Positions 19,340-33,239 of a DNA stretch of 64,000 bases are shown here, in pieces (position 1 is the first letter of the stretch; every line of letters starts with the position of its first letter). The notes beneath the pieces are model-generated. The model was not told where the DNA came from. It worked only from the letters and a program-made list of their open reading frames with translations, and did no database searches. A program made the translations under genes and the position numbers. The stretch is from assembly GCF_009914755.1 (NCBI RefSeq), contig NC_060934.1; one strand, 5' to 3'. This DNA is from the human T2T-CHM13v2.0 reference genome, Homo sapiens.

Positions 19340-20990
19340 TTACTTTTAAAAATTAGCTTTATTGGAGTATAATTTACATGCAATAAAATCTACCCATTTT
19401 AAATGTACGGTTCATTGACTTTTGAGAAATACACACACACACACACACACACACACACCTTCTTGTAAACACACACCTTCTTGTAAACACAACAACCAAG
19501 ATTTAGAACACTCGCTTTATGAAAAGTTTCCCTCATGCCCATTTGTAGTCAGTCCCCAAACCTGGTTTCAGGCAATCTCTGATCTGCTTTCTATATGCTT
19601 TGCCTATACTAGGATTACATATAAATACAGTCATATAGCATGTATTCCTTTTTGTGTCTGGCTTCTTTCTTTTAGTATAATATTTTTGAAATTTATCCCT
19701 GTTGTTACTAGTATCAATAATTTGTTCTTTTTTATTGCTGACTAATATTACATTGTATGGATATGACATTTCTTTATTAGTGTGGTGGGCATTTGAGTTG
19801 TTTTCAGTTTGGGTCTGTTATGAACAAAGCTGCTGTAAGCATTCATGTGCAAGACTTTTGTGGACATATATTTTTGTTTCTGTTTATTCAATACCTTTGA
19901 GTAGAATTGTTGGGTCACATGATGTAGATCAGTTGAACAGAGTAGATTCCAGAAAAGTTCACATACACATTTCTTGACAAAGGTGCTGAGATTATTCATG
20001 GGAAAAGGATAATCTTTTAAACAAATAATACTGGAACAATAGAGAAAACAAAGTGAACCTTGACTTTTATGTCTTATCATATACAAAAATTAATTTGAAG
20101 TGGATTGTTGACCTAAATGTAAAAGTAAAATTTAAAAATATAAAACTTCTAGATGAAAACATAGGAGAAAATCTCTGTGACTTTTGGTTTAAAGATTTCT
20201 TAGACAGTACATATAAAATTAACTATATAAGGAAAAAATGGACAAATTTGACTTTATCAACATTAAAAATTTCTGCTCATTGAAAGACTCAAAATGAAAA
20301 GGCAAGCAGTTTTGGAGAAAATATTTGCAATACATATATCTGAAAAAGGACTTGAATGTATAATATATACATAAAGATGCTCTTACAACTTCATAATGAG
20401 AAAATAACCCCATAAAGAGAAGGGCAGGCCGGGTGCAGTGGCTCATGCCTATAATGCCAGCACTTTTGGAGGCTGAGGTGGGTGAATTGCTTGAGCCCAG
20501 GAGTTTGAGACCAGCCTGGGCAACATGGTGAAACCCAGTCTCTACAAAATAAAAAAATACAAGAAATTAGCTGGGCATGATGGCATGCACCTGTAGTCCT
20601 AGCTGTTTGGGAGGCTGAGGTGGGAGGATAGCTTGAGCCTGGGAGGCGGAGGCTGCAGTGAGCTGTGATCGCACCGCTGCACGCTTGCCTGAGCAACACA
20701 GTGAGATCCTGTCTCAAAACAAACAAACAAAAAAAAAAACAAAAAATGGAAACAGAAATTTTACAAAAGAAGATATATAGATGGCCAGTAGGCATATGAA
20801 AAGATGTTTAAAATCAGTCATCAGGGAAATGAAAATTTAAACGTAATGAGATAGCTCATATTTACTGGAATGGCTCAAAAAGGGCTTACAGGAATTGGCA
20901 AAGACATAGATTAACTGGAACTCTTATGCATGTTGGTTAGAGCACAAAATGATATGATTTCTTGGGAGAAATATTTGGCAGTTTTTAAGA
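19340..20990. mobile_element. Old L1M 3' portion with internal inversion (19340-~19925 minus, ~19930-20990 plus)
   Basis: L1 3'UTR on minus strand abutting L1 ORF2-3' sequence on plus strand. Confidence 0.7.
20427..20745 (+). mobile_element. Alu (AluJ-like)
   Basis: GGCCGGGTGCAGTGGCTCA start, A-tail. Confidence 0.92.
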
Positions 20991-21046
20991 TTATTTTTGA
21001 TAGCCTTCTGAATTTCTTAGTGAGTTATAGGTCAGTTCTGCCACTG

Positions 21047-21189
21047 TTTCTTTCTTTTCTTTCTTTCTTTCTTTCCTTCCTTCCCTTCCTTCCCTTCCTT
21101 GCCTGTCTTGCCTGCCTTCCTTGCCTTGCCTGCCTTGCCTTCCTTTCTTCCTTTCTTCCCTTTCTTTTCTTTCTTTTCTTTTTTTTTTT
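21047..21189. repeat. Pyrimidine-rich compound microsatellite (CTTT/CCTT/CCTTG) in an Alu tail
   Basis: Direct inspection. Confidence 0.9.
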
Positions 21190-21510
<321 letters not shown>

Positions 21511-21891
21511 TTAGAGAGATTAGATTTTCTTGAGTACTAGGAATCACTATTTTTGAGCAGAATTATTCAAAACTGTTATTATTTTTTCTTTAACTTGAGG
21601 CAATGTAGGAGAAAGCAGTACTGTGCAGGTGAAAGTTACAAACAAGAACATTTTAAACAAGATAGTTACTTTCCATGTATTGGATACGTAACAGAATTAA
21701 TTCTAATAACCATCCTGAAGATGGTCAGGAGGCATTAGTTAAGAATTGAAATGTTTGGAGCTTGCCTGTGTTGATGGGATTAAGGCAGGGATGATTTATG
21801 TGTAAATTTATGCGTTAGTAACAGCAGTAACCGCTGTAGTTACACTAGGGTTCTAAGAGCAAATGTTGATTAAACATGAATGTAGCAGGAG

Positions 21892-22255
21892 TGATAAGGT
21901 TTGGCTCTGTGTCCCCACCCAAATCTCATGTGGAGTTGTGATCCTCAGTGTTGGAGGAGGGGCTTGGTAGGAGGTGATTGGATCATGGGAGTGGTTTGTA
22001 ATGGTTTTAGCACTATCACCCTAGAGCTGTCTCGCGAAAGAGTTCTCCTGAGATCTGCTTGTATATAAGTGTGTAGCACCTCCCCTCTTTGCTCTCTCTC
22101 TTCCTCCTACTCCTGCCGCGGGGACGTGCTTGCTTTCCCTTGGCCTTCTGCCATGATTGTAAGTTTCCTGAGGCCTCTGATTAAACCTTTCTTCTTCTAA
22201 AAGATTACCCAGTCTCAGGTAGTTCTTTATAGCAGTGTGAGAATGGACTAATACA
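21892..22255 (+). mobile_element. ERVL-MaLR solo LTR (MSTA/MSTB-like)
   Basis: TGATAAGGTTTGGCTCTGTGTCCCCACCC...GGACTAATACA termini; flanks AGGAG/AGGGG (4/5 TSD). Confidence 0.88.
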
Positions 22256-25200
22256 AGGGGAAATATATATGGTTACCAAATAGCGAATTAGCCATGGGAA
22301 AAAGTAGCAAATAAATAATTATTTTACTTTTTCAGATGCTAATTTTTCTTTTCGTTTATTTTAGGATTGGTGGGAGCTGTCCAATGTCCTTAGGCTGTTT
22401 TCCAAATGAGATACCAAAAGCTAGTTCTCCATCGGGTTTCTCAGGCTGCTAGAAGCATTCATTATTATGGTTGTCATTACTTCGAGTTCTGTTGCCGCTA
22501 TGCCCACAGTAGTATTTGTTACATAACAGGTGCTTGATAAATATTTGCTAAATGAATTTTTGGAAAATACAATCTGCCACACCTTTCTTCTACAGTTTAC
22601 AATCTTCTGTTGAGATCATCCGATAGATTTTTTTTCTTAGATATTGTACTTTTGAGGCCTCAAATTGCTGTCTTTTGTATTTTCTATGTCTGCAGAGACT
22701 TTCCATCTTTCACTCATTGTATTCATTGTTTTTTAACATCTTTGTACATATTTATAGTAACTGTTTTAAAGTCACTGTCTGTTAATTCAAACATCTGGTT
22801 CATCTTGGAGTCTGATTCTATTGCCTGCTCTTTTTTCTTTGTAATAGGTCATGTTTTTCTGCTTTGCCTGTCTAGTAAATTTTAATCGTATGTTGAAATG
22901 TAGGGAGTTTGGATTGTTACTTCCTTTAAGGGTGCTGAGTTTCATTTTGTCAGGCATTTAAATTGATAGTTGATTTAGTATTGTCAGGTTTGGTTCTCTT
23001 TGTTAAAGCAGGCATTTTTCAGATTTGTCTTTTGTCCTAGGGCATGGTTTTTAACTTCAAGGTTGCCCTTTCCAATGTCTCAGCTAAGTATCTGGGGTGT
23101 TCCATGAGGTCTCTTCCACTTTGCCTAGGCCAGAACTCCAGCTTCTCCCAGTATTATATTTCGTTACCTCTGGCGTCATCTCCGTTATGCTTTCAGATCC
23201 TGCGCATAGACAGCCCAGCCCCCAGCCAAGGACCTGAGATGAAATCCATACAAAATTCTTAGTCCCTTGCTCCACAAACTCCAACAGCCTTAGCAGTCTA
23301 ATCTCTTCCTGTTTACCTCAGTGAAATCTGTGTTCCACTTGAGTTCCATTTCCTTCTGTATCAGAGAAGAGCCACCATGCTGAAAGCAAGGGGCACTATG
23401 TTTCTTTGTTCTTAAGGATGGTAGCCTATCTGCAACAACTGTAGTGTGATATAAAAATATATAATTTATGTTGCTGACAGTTACAAATACTGCTTGCAGT
23501 ACTTTGTAACATAATTTTTCAGATTCAAGTTCATATACTCTTTTTTTCCACATCACCACACACATATTTTCAGACTTCCTCCTCATCCTTCTTCTTGCCA
23601 GTAGTTGTATTATAATTCCTGCCAGTAGTTACATTATAATTTTGGTTATATCAATATTGAGTTTTTATGGGATTATAACTAGATAAATGCCATTCATAGT
23701 TAAGTGATAGAGTATATTGTGACTTTTTTCCTGCATGTTTTATTTTTTCTGGACTTCACAGTTGTCTCTCTTTTTTTTAAAAAAATTAGTTTTCAATGTT
23801 CTTAGCTTTAATTCATAAACTCACCCCTAATTGTATAAATCTCTCAACATGTTTAAGCACATTTGGCATTATATCAATTTTATCTTTTCCAGGTGCCTTC
23901 TAATCTGTCCCAGTCTGGACTAATTGTTCTTCCTGGCTTGCTGTATGGCTGTCTACTCAAGATGTCCCTTCACCATCATTCTAGGGATTCCCTTTTCCTC
24001 TCTTGTGGGTTAGATTCTTCAGTTCTTGGAGACTGTCATCTTCTTTCATGGTTTCCCACTCTTGTTTTGGCGGAGCACATCTTTAGTAACTTCCTGACAA
24101 AGTGTATGGTTTGAGATTTCGCTGATTTTAAAATGCCCTTATTATATAGTCACACTTGATTTATAGTCTGTCTTGGTATAGAATTCTAGGCTGAGAAGAG
24201 TTTTCCCTCAAAATCAGAAGGTTTTGCCCAATTGTTTTTTAGCTGCTAGTATTGCTGTTAAAAAGGATAATGTCATTTTGATTCTAGATTCTTTTATGAA
24301 ACCTGTTTCTTCTCTGGCAGCTTTTAGGATCTTCTGTTTCTTTGGTATTCAGAAATTTCATGAGATATGTGTGCTTCTATTTTGGTCTTATTTTCATCTG
24401 TTTTGCCAGGTACTCATGCAACCTTCCAGTTTGAAAACTCACATCCTTCACTTTTGAGTATTTTTCTTGAGTTATGTCTTCGGTTTCTTCTCAGTGTTCT
24501 CTGTTTCTGGAACTCCTAAAATATATTTAACATCCTGAACTCTTAGTTTTTGTTTAGTCTTCTGATTTTCATTTGTCTTTTTATTCTGTATATTCTGTTA
24601 ATTCCTCGGCTTCATGGTCTTCTAGCCCTTCTTTTGCCTATCTTATGGGGTTGAGGATTAAACAGTTTATATACCTGAGGTGCTTAGGATATGTCTGTCA
24701 TATAGTAAGTGCTTGTGTTAGCTGTAATTGTTGTTTACTTTCATAACTGTCTTGAGGGAAAGGTCTTTGGTCTTGATTCTTTGACTTCTTGGCTGTACAT
24801 GACCTTGGACGAGTTATGTAATCTCTTTGAGACCTACCTCCCTCTTCTGTATAGTGTTAATAAGCTCTAGCTCTCAGATGTTTGTGAGGGTCGAATGGAG
24901 TATATATGTGAAAATGTTTAATACCTTTGTACAGAATTAATAGTTAGTACGTGGATCTTTCAAATATCAAAAGTTTTCAGTTTGATGGGAAAATGATGTC
25001 TGAATTTTCAGGGTTATTTTTAAGAGTACTTGATTATGACTGTCTTGTAAATCTCTATGAGCTAGGTATACTTGCACTAAATGCTAATGCTTTTTAAAGA
25101 AGTTATGTCTTAATATTCAGTCTCATTATGTTAGGTTGAAGATAGAAGATTATGAAAATATTCTCTGAAAAGCTCTGGTTTTACTTCAGATTGTATAAAT

Positions 25201-25414
25201 CTGTGTAATGTAATAATTATTTAAGAATGACATGATTACTACTCTAAACCCATAGAAGGGGTATTTGTTGGATTATTTATTTTCACTTAAATGGTATTTG
25301 AGATTAGGAAAAAGAAAATCTGTCTTTTGGTTTTTCTTGATAGTATTAATGTAATTTCAAATGTTAGCTCATTTTTGTTAATGGTGGCTTTTTGTTTGTT
25401 TGTTTTGTTTTAAG

Positions 25415-25459
25415 GTTTTTGGATTCAAAGCATAAAAACCATTACAAGATATACAATCT
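25415..25459 (+). CDS. PTEN: PTEN exon 3 (45 bp, codons 55-70)
   Basis: ttttaag|GTTTTTGGAT...ACAATCT|gtaagt; translates (R)FLDSKHKNHYKIYN(L), matching human PTEN. Confidence 0.99.
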
Positions 25460-27384
25460 GTAAGTATGTTTTCTTATTTGTATGCTTGCAAATATCTTCT
25501 AAAACAACTATTAAGTGAAAGTTATCTGCTTGTTAGAGTGAGGTAGAGTTAAAGATACATTTTAACAGAATTGTATTCCTAAACCGATTAAGTCAAGAAG
25601 TCCAAGAGCATTGTTAGATCATTTAGAAAGTGTAGTGATGAGGTAAAACATTGTTGGCACAGATTCATGTTACTTGATCTGCTTTAAATGACTTGGCATC
25701 TAGCCCATATTTGAGCCCATAACCGTGTGGTAATTTGAAGTGTAATTCACAGTAGAGCTTCTGTTAAAGCACTAATAGCATCTTCCATGGAGGTATACTT
25801 CAGAGTGAATATAATTTTGTTTATCCTGTGTCTCTAGAGCTATTGACTGAAAAAGCTGTTAGGGCATTCTCTAACTGTACATCACCTAAGTTATTTAAAA
25901 TTGCTGAATTAGGTGGCTTGTCTTGTCTAGGACAGAGTTTTAAGGACTGCCCACCTGATTGATAGAGCTAGTTGACCTTATCTTTAACTTTTTGTTTTTC
26001 TTTTGACTTTGGGAGTAGAGATGTGAAAAGGTAAAAAGGAAGGAAGGAAGAGAAAACTTAACTCTTTTTGCCCATGAAGACTGTTTTTCCTTCTCAAAAT
26101 ATTGACTATTTTCTGATTTGTAAAAATCGGCACATAAAACGTGTTATTTTTTACTTGACTTTTATCTTTCCCATGTGATATCTATAAATTATAGATAGGA
26201 AAAATTTATCTGTAATTTAGTGATCTTTCTAGTGTGATAAAACGTCAGAAGTACTGAGAGTGGAGTGGACATTGATATTGTTACTCTCAGTAAGTTTTCA
26301 CTGATTTTTCTCAGAGTCATGAAGGAACAAACGTTTGTTAAGTCCTTATCACTTATTAGATAACACAAAACATGTTGGGGGGGTGTGTACAGAGGTGAGT
26401 AAGATGTAGCTCCCATTCTCAAGTCGCTTACATTCTAATGTAAAAGGTAGACAAAGCATTACAGAAGAAGTAACTCTGCTATAGAAGGTTGCAATGAAGA
26501 GAACATTGGAAACACTAATTTTACCTTATAAAGAAGGTTTCATAAAGGAAGGCAAGTTTGAGCTGGGGTGAAAAGGACCAGTAAGGGTTGACTTTCAAGC
26601 CAAGGAGAGGAGGGGAAGTGATGTTACAGGCCAAAGGAATGGCATTGTAAGAAGCTTGTTGGCATAAAAGTGTTTAGAATATGGCAGCGAATTCATTATC
26701 ATCAGATTGTGGTGTCTGTATGTTGGGGGTGGGAGAGAATTGTGGTGGCAATAGGCAACAAGATAAAAGAAAGTAAAAGGTGTTATGGAAACTTAATGGG
26801 TCCAGCTTACAAATGATCTATGCATTTAGGGGTCTTTCTCTTTTCCTGATAAACCTCTCCTACAAAGAGCCTTGTTGCGGATACCATAGTGTTTCTTTGG
26901 AGGAAAATAAAAACTACAAAGCTTTGTATTTTTTGCACAACTGGATTCAGAATATAAGTAATAAAAAAGGACAAGAACTTTCAAAAGCTAGAAGCCATTA
27001 AACTGAGTCACTTCAGGGTTAGACTATCAGAACTGGGGATTTAGAAAGTCTCAGAATGGAAATCGAAGGACACCAAAGACAAATTCGGCCTTTTTCAAAA
27101 TTTTATTCTAGTTTAACATATTCAAAGAAAGGGAAGGAAATTCTTTTCATTCCTGTGTGTAGTGACTTCCTGCTTTAAGAACTTAGGACTTCAGCTGTAC
27201 TATCAGTATTGTAGGTCACTTAACATTATTATGGTTAAAGTTGGCATTGGAGAGAGCCTAGGAACCTAACTGCCTGTTTGTTTTTATATTTCCAACCATT
27301 GGATTCCCAAGTTAATGAAGTCTGTTTATTAGTTGAGGGTAGCTCTTAATGCATATATTTTAATGCCCCTTCCCCACATGGAAT

Positions 27385-27510
27385 CATAAGCTTTCAGAAC
27401 TGGAGAGTACCTGAAAGAGATCATTTAGTCCAACCTTCTCATTTTACAGATGGGGAATCTGAGGCCTAGAGAAGTTAAGTGAGTTGAACAAGGTCACACA
27501 GGTACATATG
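27385..27510 (-). mobile_element. MIR SINE
   Basis: cattttacagatggggaatctgaggcctagagaagttaagt...caaggtcacacag core. Confidence 0.8.
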
Positions 27511-28884
27511 GTAGCCGACCATCCACTGTTTATGCCAATATTCCCTTTACGTTTTGCTTTTTTGCTTGTTCGTTTTAACCTCTCCAAATTTTACTGACTT
27601 CAGAAGTTTCTAGAACTAAGTTATAGCATGTTTTGAGTTCTAATGTCACTTTCCGATCTTCTTTACCTTTTTTCTACCTCTGTTTGTATTTCTGGTTCTG
27701 GTTAAGTGAGTCTGGTAAGCAGCAGGTGTTCTATTTTATTTCTTTTATTTTTAGGATAGTATTACATGTGATATATATGTCTTTGCAAACATACATAATT
27801 TGAAGATCTTAAAATATTTGCACTAGGCATACCCACATTTAATAGTATGTTAAATCTTTTATAGCAATTATGATATACATGGGTGAAGAAGAGTTCCTAA
27901 TATGGCCTTTCTGATTAACTGTATCTGTTTATATCTGTGTTTTCTTCAGGCATTCATAACATTAAGCAAATTCAGGTGTACTGTTACTTAATTGAATTAA
28001 TCAGTTTGTTTTGTACAAGTATATTTTATTTTTGTTCCTTGTTGTATAATCTGGTAGGAATGGGGAAGGGGAGATAGTGAATAAAGAGATGTATACTTCT
28101 TGCCTTTGAGGAATTTAAGTTTTCACTGTATACCAATTTTTTAAAGGTATTTACTATATTTCAGTGCATATTTTATTTGACATACTTTATCATTTTGTGG
28201 TAAACCTTTAGCTTTACTAATTTTCATCTATTAAGTTTTCTTTTGTAAGATGGTGATAGCTTCATCAAAGAGAGTAAAGAAGAGACCTGCCTACCTAGCT
28301 GATTCTATGGCAAATCTCACTTCTCTGGAAGCTTTTCCTGTTAATCTTATTCCTTCAGTTTCTGCCTCTTGTTTCATAAAAACTCATTCTTTAAATGCTT
28401 ATTCATTTCTCTTGTCTCATATAAACCAATATGAGGTACTGGTATCTTTTGAGTTTTAGTTATAAGGAAGCATAAATGGTTAAATTTAAATGGCTAAACC
28501 CCATTTGCCATTTGTGTATCTTTAATTTTAGTTTGTTGAGAGACTTATCACTACCAAACCACAAAGAATTTAAAAGAAACTGTCAGTAGGTATAGGTGGA
28601 AGGAGGGCATTTATCAGAGATTTTAATTTAAGAAGAAAGTCTTCATCCTTATCCTACCAACCCCCATTCCCTGAGCATATTTATCATTACTAGTCCCAGC
28701 ATATTTGCTCCCATATTTCCTATGCTTACCTGTGAAGATTTTCATAACTTTTTCCTTGCTTTTTACTGTCACTGTTGGTTCTGTGATTTATGACAGATAC
28801 TGCTCTTGTAGGAATGCTGGCTTTGACTGAAATTTGTTACTGCTTTTGTATTTAAAACTTTTTTTTTATTATAAGTAGAATTAT

Positions 28885-29120
28885 GGAACAGTAGTAGAAA
28901 AAGTTTGACTTTTGTAATCAGAGATACTGAGCTTGAGTTCTGGCTCTTTCATTTGTATACTGTTATTTGGGGCAAGTTTTTTAATGCTCTTAAGTCTTAG
29001 CTTTCTCATATATAAAATGGAGATAATAACAGTTATCACGTGATTGTGAGGATGAAACAAAAAAAAGTGGAAACTCTTTGTAAGGTGTGTTCATCTGGTT
29101 GACACTTAGTAGTCATTACT
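28885..29120 (+). mobile_element. MIR SINE
   Basis: gggcaagttttttaa...tttctcatatataaaatggagataataa...gtgaggatgaaa. Confidence 0.75.
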
Positions 29121-29753
29121 TCCACTTTCCGTCCATATAGTCCTCTTAACAGTAATATTTGAGAGGCATTTTTATTAAAGCAGTCTTAAGGAGTGTTCGT
29201 CAAACCACATGTTCTGGGATCCTGAGAAAGTAGGGGAAGTTTAGAGAACTGAAGCTGCACAAAACTAATGTTTATTTTCTGTTGTGTTGTCCTGAGACCA
29301 GCTTCTTAGATTGTGTTTCCTAGTCCTACATCTCTGATTCCTTATAAAATATTCCATTATGAATTCTTCACTATTGACAATTTCTCCCCTTTTATCTTAA
29401 AAGTACCAAAGAAAGTGTAAAATGTGACTGTCTTGTCAGTCCTCTTTTTCCTGTTTTTCATGTCAGTGGGTATGAAATTACTAGCAAGGATGCATATATG
29501 TGCATATGTCATTACTAAATGCATTTTCTTTCTAGAAAAACTCAATATACTAAATTGTACTAAAAAGGAAAAGCTTGTTTTGTTTTGAGTGGTAGTATGA
29601 AAGTTGTTTTATTTTAGGTCTGACCAGTTAGAAACCAATGGATTGTAGTTTATTTATAATTAGTTAAACCTTCATGTGAATTTGGTTTTGAATTACCTTT
29701 AAGGTAGAGAAGAAACTATATAGATGTTTTTCAGGGTTTCTAAATGTACAATA

Positions 29754-30058
29754 CAGGTTCACAATCACTTATTTGAAACTCTTGGGGCCAAGTATGTTTC
29801 CATTTTCAGAAATTTTAGTTTTCAAAAGGTAGCACAGATAAATATACTTTTACATAAACACCCCAGTGGGGTGTGGGTCAGTACCTGAAATGAAATGTTT
29901 TACTCTTCGCTCTAAGTGTATTAAATATTATGTACAATCTTATTACTTCAGATCAGGATTTGCTGTAGTTGAGTTTGCCATAAAACTTAAGAGAAAATTT
30001 TAGATGTTTTGAACTTTTGGGATATTGAAATTGCAGGTTAAGGAGCTATGGACCTTTA
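29754..30058. mobile_element. TcMar-Tigger non-autonomous element (MER46C-like)
   Basis: ta-CAGGTTCACAATC...TGGACCT termini. Confidence 0.55.
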
Positions 30059-30947
30059 TTTGTTTTAAAATGCTAAGAGTTTATTTTAAGTAATTTTTAA
30101 AAAATTTGTTTTGCATAGTAGTTGGAGTTACCAGGGTACTGCTAACCACACTGATATGTAAGATCTCTTTCTGAGCCTTTTATTGTTTGTAAACATGGCC
30201 TGTTAATCATTAGAAAGCCAGTACATACTAACATATCACTGCTATTAAGACAAATATTAGCATACTCTAGTAATGACAAGTCAGCATTTTACTATTCTGT
30301 ATTGATTTTACTTATTCTTTCATTACTCTCATACTGTAATTAAAACTTGCAATCTGAGAGACTGTTGAAAAAGGTGATCGTTGGCTTTTCAACAGGGAGT
30401 AAGGTCTGGTTTAAAAAAAAATTAGTAAGCATTTGGCCAAGTAGATTAACAACATTCAGTTTTTCTTTACTGTCCTTATGCTTTTACTATTTTTAACATA
30501 TATCTTTTTGAAGAATAGTTTGAGAATTATGTATGCTTAACTATGAGATACAGATACTATTGAAACTAGTCAGTTGTTTATAGGTACTTGTAAAATTAAA
30601 AATATATTCCAATAGCATGCAGATTTTTCATAGAGGAAATTTGAAAGCATGGAAGCACCTGAATTTACAGTACTCTGTATTAGTGGCATCACAAGTTTTT
30701 AAGCAAATGTATTAGCTCTAATTGCATACACTTAATCTTTTAAGCTTTGGTTTTATTATTATAATATGGGGGTGATAACAGTATCTACTTAATAGAATTC
30801 TTGTTATTACATGAAATAATTAATGTTAAACACAGCATAATATGTGTCACATTATAAAGATTCAGGCAATGTTTGTTAGTATTAGTACTTTTTTTTCTTC
30901 CTAAGTGCAAAAGATAACTTTATATCACTTTTAAACTTTTCTTTTAG

Positions 30948-30991
30948 TTGTGCTGAAAGACATTATGACACCGCCAAATTTAATTGCAGAG
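30948..30991 (+). CDS. PTEN: PTEN exon 4 (44 bp, codons 70-85)
   Basis: cttttag|TTGTGCTGAAAGA...TGCAGAG|gtaggt; CAERHYDTAKFNCR, includes Cys71. Confidence 0.99.
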
Positions 30992-32284
30992 GTAGGTATG
31001 AATGTACTGTACTATGTTGTATAACTTAAACCCGATAGACTGTATCTTACTGTCATAACAATAATGAGTCATCCAGATTATCGAGTGAGATACATATTTA
31101 AGAATTATCTTTAAAAATTTCAAAAATTTTAATTTTACTGTTGTGTTTTAGGAAAAAGTATTGCATAAAGCTATTAATATTGTCAGGAAGACTAAAGTGC
31201 AGCATAGACTAAGAATTAGGAAAATTCCTAGACTAAAAATAGTATAAGGAGAGGGTTTACCTACTATTTGAGGCAGTTGGTCTAATAGTAAGCAATCACA
31301 GGGAGAAAGCAGAACTACTTAACTCTTCTGTGTTGAGGAATGACATAAAAGGTAGGAAAGGATATAACAAATGTTGATAAGAGGAGTCTGATGGATGAGA
31401 GGAGGGAACTGCTTTAAATGAGTTTCTACTTCAGACATAAGTTAATTCTCAGAGCCCACAAAAACTTTCACTTTTATTTGTGAAATACAACTCAGTTCTC
31501 ATGGCTTAACACTTTAAACCATGAGAAAACTGAAGAGTTGAGAAGCTTGGCAGATGCTGCTGTGATAGTCAAAAAGAAAGTGGGTGCCATGAGCTACTAT
31601 TGATGTATTTGCCATTGATCCCTCCTGAAAATCTAGAATGGACTTTCAGACAAATGGTTTGAAAATTCTAAATCACTAATGATTGAGATTTAGTATAGGT
31701 TTACTAAGAACGGGTTTTTTTTGTTTTTGTTTTTGGTGGATTTAGGCTGTTGCTTACTAAGCAAAGCAGGCTTTAGTTGAGGTTTATCTTGCTTTAAACA
31801 GATATTTAACAGATTTTCCTGGAGGTTTTTGTGTACCACTGGGAAAATGAAGTTAGGCAGATGACTAAGTGAAAGCTGTCCTGCTGACTCCTTATAATGA
31901 TAGTCATTGTCTACCAGAAGATCTCTCCTGTCACACCAAAGGATAATTGATTATATCCTGTACCATATTATGAGTCACCTGATTGGAGATATAAGACATA
32001 CTTCTCACATATTTAGATGACACAGGTTAGTACATTGAATATCAGCCAGGGTTTTTAAGGATCTTAATAGAGTGGAACTAAGGTAGAAACTATTAAGAGC
32101 AATTAATAGTGATATATCTATAGTCCTGTTTCTAAACAAGTTTTTTTAAAAACCTCAACTCTGACTATAGTGAACAGAGAAGTCTTGGACTCTTACAATT
32201 CATGTGAGAAGACCTGAAACTTTGATAACAATTATATACATTTTGTGAGTAATTTCTTTGGTGTATGCCTTCACATATCTCTGG

Positions 32285-32720
32285 TATGTGACCTATGCTG
32301 CAGTCCATTGAGCATAGATTCCCAGAATGTATTCTCCTGCAGAAAATGGAGGAAAATAATACTTGGCTTCCCTAATGATTACATGTGTATACAACACTAA
32401 CATTTGCAAGACCACCTTTAAATAACACACTTAGCATTTTTATTTTATGAAATGTAATATGTAGTTCTTTGCATAGTTTATCCTATTAGTAATCTATTCT
32501 GTCTTTGGAATATGTTTTGTGATGATGAAATAAATACTATAAATAGTATTATTCCTTTTGCATTGAGAGTCCTGACGAAATGTCCATGTGACAGTTCATT
32601 TTGGGTTTAGCTCTACCTCTAATATGTGACCTATGCTACCAGTCCGTATAGCGTAAATTCCCAGAATATATCCTCCTGAATAAAATGGGGGAAAATAATA
32701 CCTGGCTTCCTTAATGATTA
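32285..32720 (+). repeat. Diverged direct duplication of a 97/98-bp decayed MIR-core segment (32285-32381 and 32623-32720)
   Basis: Manual alignment: 13 mismatches and 1 gap over 98 columns. Confidence 0.9.
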
Positions 32721-32895
32721 TATTTAAGACTTATCAAGAGACTATTTTCTATTTAACAATTAGAAAGTTAAGCAATACATTATTTTTCTCTGGAATCCAG
32801 TGTTTCTTTTAAATACCTGTTAAGTTTGTATGCAACATTTCTAAAGTTACCTACTTGTTAATTAAAAATTCAAGAGTTTTTTTTTCTTATTCTGA

Positions 32896-33195
<300 letters not shown>

Positions 33196-33239
33196 TGAGA
33201 ATTTATTGGAAAACAGATTTTGGGTTTCTTTTTTTCCTT

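Noticed and set aside
19453-19488. 18-bp tandem duplication ACACACCTTCTTGTAAAC (similar small ones near 13440 and 37813)
   Set aside because: Ordinary slippage beside microsatellites; only two units and no spacer structure, so not CRISPR-like
32285-32720. Tandem intronic snoRNA pair
   Set aside because: No properly placed C/D or H/ACA boxes; the sequence resembles decayed MIR core
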